Shown: positions 57,043 through 61,853 of the stretch, in pieces | Position numbering within the stretch: position 1 is the first letter of the stretch | How the letters are laid out: each line of letters opens with the position of its first letter | Assembly: GCA_021163295.1 (NCBI GenBank) | Contig: JAGGXD010000142.1 | Coordinates: 1 to 61,853, forward strand | Source of the DNA: Bacteroidales bacterium | GTDB taxonomy: Bacteria; Bacteroidota; Bacteroidia; Bacteroidales; VadinHA17 | Length of the DNA stretch: 61,853 bases | Direction of reading: 5' to 3' | The notes under the pieces: model-generated | Told to the model about the DNA's origin: nothing | The model's input: only the letters and a program-made list of their open reading frames with translations | The model's database searches: none | Made by a program: the position numbers and the translations under genes

Positions 57043-58845
57043 ATGGAAAACGATACTGTTTATTCTGCAATCAGTAAATACAATCAGGATAAAACAAGAT
57101 TAATGGATATCCTTATTGAGATTCAAGACAACGAGAATTATATTTCTGATGATGCAGTCAGGATAATTTCAGAGAAACTGGAATTGTCTATTGTTGATGT
57201 TGAGCAGACGATATCATTCTATCACTTCCTGTCAAAAAAGTCGTTAGGAAAATACACTATTTATTTAAACAACAGCGTGATTTCAAATATGAATGGCCGG
57301 CAAATAGTTGCGGAAACCTTCGAGAATGAAGTTGGTTGTAAATTTGGCAAGGTAACCGAAGATGGAACTATTGGTTTATTTGATACTGCATGTATTGGAA
57401 TGAGTGACCAGGAACCTGCCGCACTGATAAATGGCAATGTTTTTATACACCTCACTCCTTTCAGGGTGAAGGAAATTGTACGGGATATACGTGCCGGGAA
57501 AGATGTAAAAAATATGCATACCTCTTATTTAGGTGGCGGACAAAACAAATCTGAATATCTGAAATCTGTTGTCCGAAATAACATTATGAGAATGGGACCT
57601 GTATTAAGTGATGATTATAATCCGGGAACAATTATAAAGAAGAAGCTGGTACAATTAGCTCCTGAGCAGGTAATTGAGGAAATTAAAACATCAAATATCA
57701 GAGGACGTGGAGGGGCAGGTTTCCCTACAGGTTTTAAATGGGAATTTTGCCGTAAAGCCAAAGGAGATAAGAAATATATTCTCTGTAATGCAGATGAGGG
57801 GGAACCGGGAACTTTTAAAGACAGGGTGATACTAACCGAAAGACCAAAGCTTTTATTTGAAGGAATGGTGATTGCCGGATATTCTATTGGAGCAACAGAA
57901 GGCATTCTTTATCTAAGGTATGAATACAAATATCTGAAGAATTACCTTGAAAATATTCTTGAAGAAACACGGGGGAAAAACCTGCTGGGCAAGGATATTG
58001 GAGGAATAAAAGGATTCAATTTTGACATAAGGATCCAGCTTGGAGCAGGAGCATATGTTTGTGGAGAAGAATCGGCCCTGATTGAGTCAGTTGAGGGTAA
58101 GCGGGGAGAGCCACGTGATCGTCCCCCATTCCCGGTCGAAAAAGGATATAATGATTGCCCTACCGTTGTAAATAATGTCGAAACCCTTTGCTCTGTTGTA
58201 AAAATTATGCTTAACGGTGGTGAATGGTATAGTTCACTTGGAACGCATGAATCTACAGGCACTAAAGTACTCAGCATATCAGGTGATTGCAGATATCCCG
58301 GAATTTATGAAGTGGAATGGGGTCTGACAATTTCTGATATCCTTGATATGGTTGGCGCAACAGGCGTTCAGGCAATTCAGGTGGGCGGACCTTCAGGTTC
58401 TCTTATAGGGCCTGAAGAATTCGAAAGAAAACTTTGCTATAGTGATCTGGTTACCGGCGGATCGTTTATTATTTTTAATTACAACCGGGATTTGCTAAAA
58501 AATGTCGTGCTTAATTTTACAGATTTTTTTATTGAAGAATCATGTGGTTCATGCGTTCCATGCAGAGCAATGACTCCCCTGTTAAAACAAAAACTTGAAA
58601 AAATACTAAGTGGTAATGGTGTGGCAAACGATTTGGAAGATATTCTAAAGTGGGGAAAGCTAATGAAAACAAACCGTTGCGGATTAGGTCATACTGCAGC
58701 CAATCCAATACTGACAAGCCTTAAAAATTTCAGATACCTTTACGAGGAAAAACTGGAAAGAGGAAAAGAATATGAAACAGGGTTTAATCTGGAACAAGCT
58801 GTAAGTGAATCGTGTGAAGCAACAACAAGAGTTCCGAATTTTTAA
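57043..58845 (+). CDS. hoxF: NAD(P)-linked hydrogenase diaphorase subunit HoxF (NuoF-like with N-terminal NuoE-like domain)
   Basis: GRGGAGFPTGFKW (FMN), ADEGEPGTFKDR (NADH) and ESCGSCVPCR...NRCGLG ([4Fe-4S]) motifs. Confidence 0.9.
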   Translation: MENDTVYSAISKYNQDKTRLMDILIEIQDNENYISDDAVRIISEKLELSIVDVEQTISFYHFLSKKSLGKYTIYLNNSVISNMNGRQIVAETFENEVGCKFGKVTEDGTIGLFDTACIGMSDQEPAALINGNVFIHLTPFRVKEIVRDIRAGKDVKNMHTSYLGGGQNKSEYLKSVVRNNIMRMGPVLSDDYNPGTIIKKKLVQLAPEQVIEEIKTSNIRGRGGAGFPTGFKWEFCRKAKGDKKYILCNADEGEPGTFKDRVILTERPKLLFEGMVIAGYSIGATEGILYLRYEYKYLKNYLENILEETRGKNLLGKDIGGIKGFNFDIRIQLGAGAYVCGEESALIESVEGKRGEPRDRPPFPVEKGYNDCPTVVNNVETLCSVVKIMLNGGEWYSSLGTHESTGTKVLSISGDCRYPGIYEVEWGLTISDILDMVGATGVQAIQVGGPSGSLIGPEEFERKLCYSDLVTGGSFIIFNYNRDLLKNVVLNFTDFFIEESCGSCVPCRAMTPLLKQKLEKILSGNGVANDLEDILKWGKLMKTNRCGLGHTAANPILTSLKNFRYLYEEKLERGKEYETGFNLEQAVSESCEATTRVPNF

Positions 58846-58865
58846 TAAATAAACAATCTAAAATA

Positions 58866-59561
58866 ATGGCTGATATAATCAACTTTACCATTGACGGAAA
58901 AGAATGCATGGCTGAAAAAGGCATTTTTATCTTACAAGCTGCAAAAGAAAATGATATTTACATTCCCTCTTTATGTAATTACGAAGGTGTAAAACCCCAG
59001 GGATCGTGCCGGATTTGTTCAATCAAAACCAATGGACAATTTGTTACCGCATGTACCACACCGGTAGCAGATGGAATGGAAATTGAAAATAATACAGACG
59101 AAATAAACGATATGAGGAAATCAATCATTGAGTTGCTTTTCGTTGAAGGAAACCATTTCTGCCCTGCTTGTGAAATGAGTGGTGACTGCGAACTTCAGGC
59201 TCTTGCATACAGGTTTCAAATGATGGTTCCCCGATTTATTTATCAATTTCCGTTAAGGGAAATTGATGCCCGTCATCCAAAAATACTCAAAGACCAGAAC
59301 AGATGTATAAGATGTAAAAGATGTATCCGTACAATAAAAGATGAAAAAGGGAGGAGTGTCTTTGCATTTTACGGAAGAGGTAAAAATATTGAAGTAAATG
59401 TTGATCCCGTATTGGGAAGCAAACTAACAGACAAACTGGCTGCAAAAGCTATCGAAGTTTGCCCTGTAGGATCCATACTTCCACGCGAAAAAGGTTTCAG
59501 AACACCAATTGGACAAAGAAAATTCGACCATGAACCAATCGGAAGTGAATATAAACATTAG
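58866..59561 (+). CDS. hoxU: Diaphorase FeS subunit HoxU (NuoG N-terminal-like)
   Basis: [2Fe-2S] motif C..GSCRICS...C, then HFCPACEMSGDCELQ and CIRCKRCIR...CPVG. Confidence 0.85.
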   Translation: MADIINFTIDGKECMAEKGIFILQAAKENDIYIPSLCNYEGVKPQGSCRICSIKTNGQFVTACTTPVADGMEIENNTDEINDMRKSIIELLFVEGNHFCPACEMSGDCELQALAYRFQMMVPRFIYQFPLREIDARHPKILKDQNRCIRCKRCIRTIKDEKGRSVFAFYGRGKNIEVNVDPVLGSKLTDKLAAKAIEVCPVGSILPREKGFRTPIGQRKFDHEPIGSEYKH

Positions 59562-59588
59562 GAAACTCAATTTTAAATAACATTTGTT

Positions 59589-60140
59589 ATGAGTAAACCA
59601 GTAATAGCAACTGCAACATTAGCCGGATGTTTCGGATGTCATATGTCATTACTTGATATTGACGAAAAGATACTGGATTTGATTGAATTGGTAGAGTTCA
59701 ATAAATCCCCCATTGACGACATTAAGAATTTTACTAAAAAATGTGATATCGGACTTATTGAGGGTGGATGTTGCAACAGTGAGAATGTACATGTTCTGAA
59801 AGATTTCAGAAATAATTGCAAAATCCTTATATCGTTTGGTGAATGTGCCATCATGGGAGGTTTACCTGCCTTCAGGAATCCTATTCCCATTAAAGAATGT
59901 CTTGAGGAGGCATACCTGAACGGACCAAGTGTTAAAGGACACAATGAATCCGGAATTTTACCAAATGATGATGAAATACCTATGATGCTTGATAAAGTCT
60001 ATCCGTGTCATGAAATTGTAAAAATTGATTATTTTCTTCCCGGATGTCCTCCATCTGCTGAATTGATCTGGAATGCATTAACCGCACTGATTTCAGGAAA
60101 GGAAATGAACCTGCCTTACGAGGTAATAAAATTCGACTAA
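59589..60140 (+). CDS. hoxY: [NiFe]-hydrogenase small subunit HoxY
   Basis: LAGCFGCHMS, GECAIMGGLPA and LPGCPP motifs. Length is 183 aa. Confidence 0.85.
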   Translation: MSKPVIATATLAGCFGCHMSLLDIDEKILDLIELVEFNKSPIDDIKNFTKKCDIGLIEGGCCNSENVHVLKDFRNNCKILISFGECAIMGGLPAFRNPIPIKECLEEAYLNGPSVKGHNESGILPNDDEIPMMLDKVYPCHEIVKIDYFLPGCPPSAELIWNALTALISGKEMNLPYEVIKFD

Positions 60141-60158
60141 TTTAAGAGAAAAAAGATT

Positions 60159-61610
60159 ATGTCAAAAAAGATAACTATTGAACCGGTAACTCGTGTAGAA
60201 GGACATGGAAAGGTCACCGTACATATGGACGATAATAACAATGTTATTCAAACCAGATTACATATTGTTGAATTCCGTGGTTTTGAACGGTTTATCCAGG
60301 GCCGTCCGTACTGGGAAGCACCCGTGCTCGTTCAAAGATTATGTGGTATTTGTCCTGTAAGCCACCATCTGGCTGCTGCTAAGGCAATGGACGTAATAGT
60401 TGGTGCCGGCACAGGAGATGGTCTGACCCCGGTTGCTGAAAAAATGCGCCGTCTTATGCATTACGGACAGATATTTCAGTCGCATGTACTTCATTTTTTC
60501 CATCTGGTATCACCGGACTTGCTGTTTGGTATTAATGCCGATCCGGCTATCAGGAATATTATTGGTGTTGCTATGGAACATAAAGAACTGGCTGTGCAGG
60601 GAGTAATGATGAGAAAATTCGGACAGGAGATAATAAAAGCGACAGCAGGAAAAAAAATCCACGGAACAGGAGCCATCCCCGGAGGTATTAACAAGAACCT
60701 CTCAATCGAAGAAAGAGATCATTTTCTTAAAGGAGAAGACCCCCTTAATGTGGATAAAATGATCGAGTGGTCACTCGGGGCAATTGAATTTTTTAAGAAC
60801 TACCAGTCAGAAAACAGTGAACTAATTGATAACATGGCTGCATTTCCCTCTAATCATCTGAGTCTTGTCAGGAAAGACGGAGCGATGGATCTTTATCATG
60901 GTGTGATAAGGGCAGTTGATGCAAACGGAAAAAAGATACTGCATGATGTTGATCCCCAGGATTATCTCGATTATATAGGTGAAGAGGTGAAATCATGGAC
61001 ATATATGAAATTCCCATTCCTGATAGAATATGGCAAAGAAAAAGGATGGTACAGAGTAGGACCCCTGGCAAGATTGAATACCATTGATTTTATACCTTCC
61101 CCTCTTGCCCAGAAAGAATTCGAAACTTATAAATCATATACAAAAGGGAAGCCCAATAACATGTCAATGCATACTCACTGGGCACGCCTCATCGAAGTAC
61201 TGCATGCTGCAGAAATGATGAAAGTGCTGCTTAATGACTCCGATCTTCAGAAAAATAATCTTGAAACAAAGGGCAATAAAGTTTATGAAGGAGTTGGCAT
61301 GCTTGAAGCGCCAAGGGGAACGTTGTTCCATCATTACCGGATCAACGACCAGGACCTGATTGAAATGGCAAACCTGATTGTTTCAACCACAAACAACAAT
61401 ACCCCTATGAATAAAGCAGTTGAGATGGTTGCAAAAGAGCAGATGAACGGTCATGCAATTATAACTGAACCCATGATGAATGCTGTTGAAGTTGCCATAC
61501 GTGCATACGATCCCTGCCTGAGTTGTGCCACTCATGCCCTCGGGAAAATGCCTCTTGAGATATCTTTATATAACAAAAATAATCAGCTTATTGACCGCAA
61601 AAGAAAATAA
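60159..61610 (+). CDS. hoxH: [NiFe]-hydrogenase large subunit HoxH (group-3d-like by context)
   Basis: RVEGHGKVTV, RLCGICPVSHH and DPCLSCATH plus a cleavable tail. It is preceded by hoxFUY. Confidence 0.9.
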   Translation: MSKKITIEPVTRVEGHGKVTVHMDDNNNVIQTRLHIVEFRGFERFIQGRPYWEAPVLVQRLCGICPVSHHLAAAKAMDVIVGAGTGDGLTPVAEKMRRLMHYGQIFQSHVLHFFHLVSPDLLFGINADPAIRNIIGVAMEHKELAVQGVMMRKFGQEIIKATAGKKIHGTGAIPGGINKNLSIEERDHFLKGEDPLNVDKMIEWSLGAIEFFKNYQSENSELIDNMAAFPSNHLSLVRKDGAMDLYHGVIRAVDANGKKILHDVDPQDYLDYIGEEVKSWTYMKFPFLIEYGKEKGWYRVGPLARLNTIDFIPSPLAQKEFETYKSYTKGKPNNMSMHTHWARLIEVLHAAEMMKVLLNDSDLQKNNLETKGNKVYEGVGMLEAPRGTLFHHYRINDQDLIEMANLIVSTTNNNTPMNKAVEMVAKEQMNGHAIITEPMMNAVEVAIRAYDPCLSCATHALGKMPLEISLYNKNNQLIDRKRK

Positions 61611-61853
61611 TCAGAAGGATTCAAGACCGGGAATACTGATCTACGGATACGGTAACCCGGGGAGAGAAGATGATGGCCTCGGCAATGCATTTGTCGGGGC
61701 TATTCGTTCATGGATAGAAAAAAATAAGCTCACACATATTGAGATTGATTCCAATTACCAGCTTAATATTGAGGATGCGGATATAATGGCAAGAAATGAT
61801 ATAGTGCTATTTGTTGATGCTACCGAGGAACCAATTGAAAATTTTTGTATTAC
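61591..61853 (+). CDS. hoxW: Hydrogenase maturation endopeptidase HoxW-like, 3'-truncated by the window edge
   Basis: The open frame reads ..ILIYGYGNPGREDDGLGNAFVGAI.. (protease GNxxxxDDGxG motif) and runs to the end of the window. There is no in-frame ATG. A TTG at 61591 is a possible start, so the start is uncertain. Confidence 0.7.
   Translation, partial: MTAKENNQKDSRPGILIYGYGNPGREDDGLGNAFVGAIRSWIEKNKLTHIEIDSNYQLNIEDADIMARNDIVLFVDATEEPIENFCI

Overview
This is an AT-rich chromosomal segment with Bacteroidota hallmarks: gldF/gldG, a DUF3078-type outer-membrane protein, a T9SS-type C-terminal sorting domain, TAnnTTTG -7 boxes, and almost no Shine-Dalgarno sequences. No similarity search could be run. 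All family calls rest on motifs I can read in the supplied translations and on gene context.

Layout:
- 0.1-18.2 kb: housekeeping genes (gldG/gldF, SpoIID-like, lpxB, surE, pheT, macro domain, UbiA-type prenyltransferase, tryptophanase-like lyase, yicC, gmk, nadD).
- 18.2-32.7 kb: a cell-surface and sensing block. It holds a Y_Y_Y/propeller sensor fused to a SpoIIE-type PP2C phosphatase, a three-gene string of exported proteins ending in a caspase-fold peptidase, and a 2300-aa mosaic T9SS-type surface protein.
- 32.7-39.0 kb: aminotransferase, four-subunit 2-oxoacid:ferredoxin oxidoreductase and ADP-forming acyl-CoA synthetase.
- 39.8 kb to the window end: a roughly 22-kb hydrogen/redox island. 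It has two Rex paralogues and an Mvh-type [NiFe]-hydrogenase. That hydrogenase is linked to two HdrA paralogues and a QmoC-like membrane FeS subunit, with no HdrB/C in the window. The island also holds hypA-F and a Hox-type NAD-linked [NiFe]-hydrogenase, truncated at hoxW.

The items most worth follow-up are the Mvh/HdrA/QmoC-like hybrid gene set, a pair of paralogous Cys-rich small proteins embedded in the hydrogenase maturation genes, and a Rex-box candidate upstream of hoxF. A further item is a set of short 4-copy tandem arrays (7-, 8-, 9- and 17-mers) in intergenic spacers, including tandem GAGGTGAT (anti-SD complement) and CAGTCNN heptads right after stop codons. No tRNA, rRNA, CRISPR, transposase or integrase was recognised.
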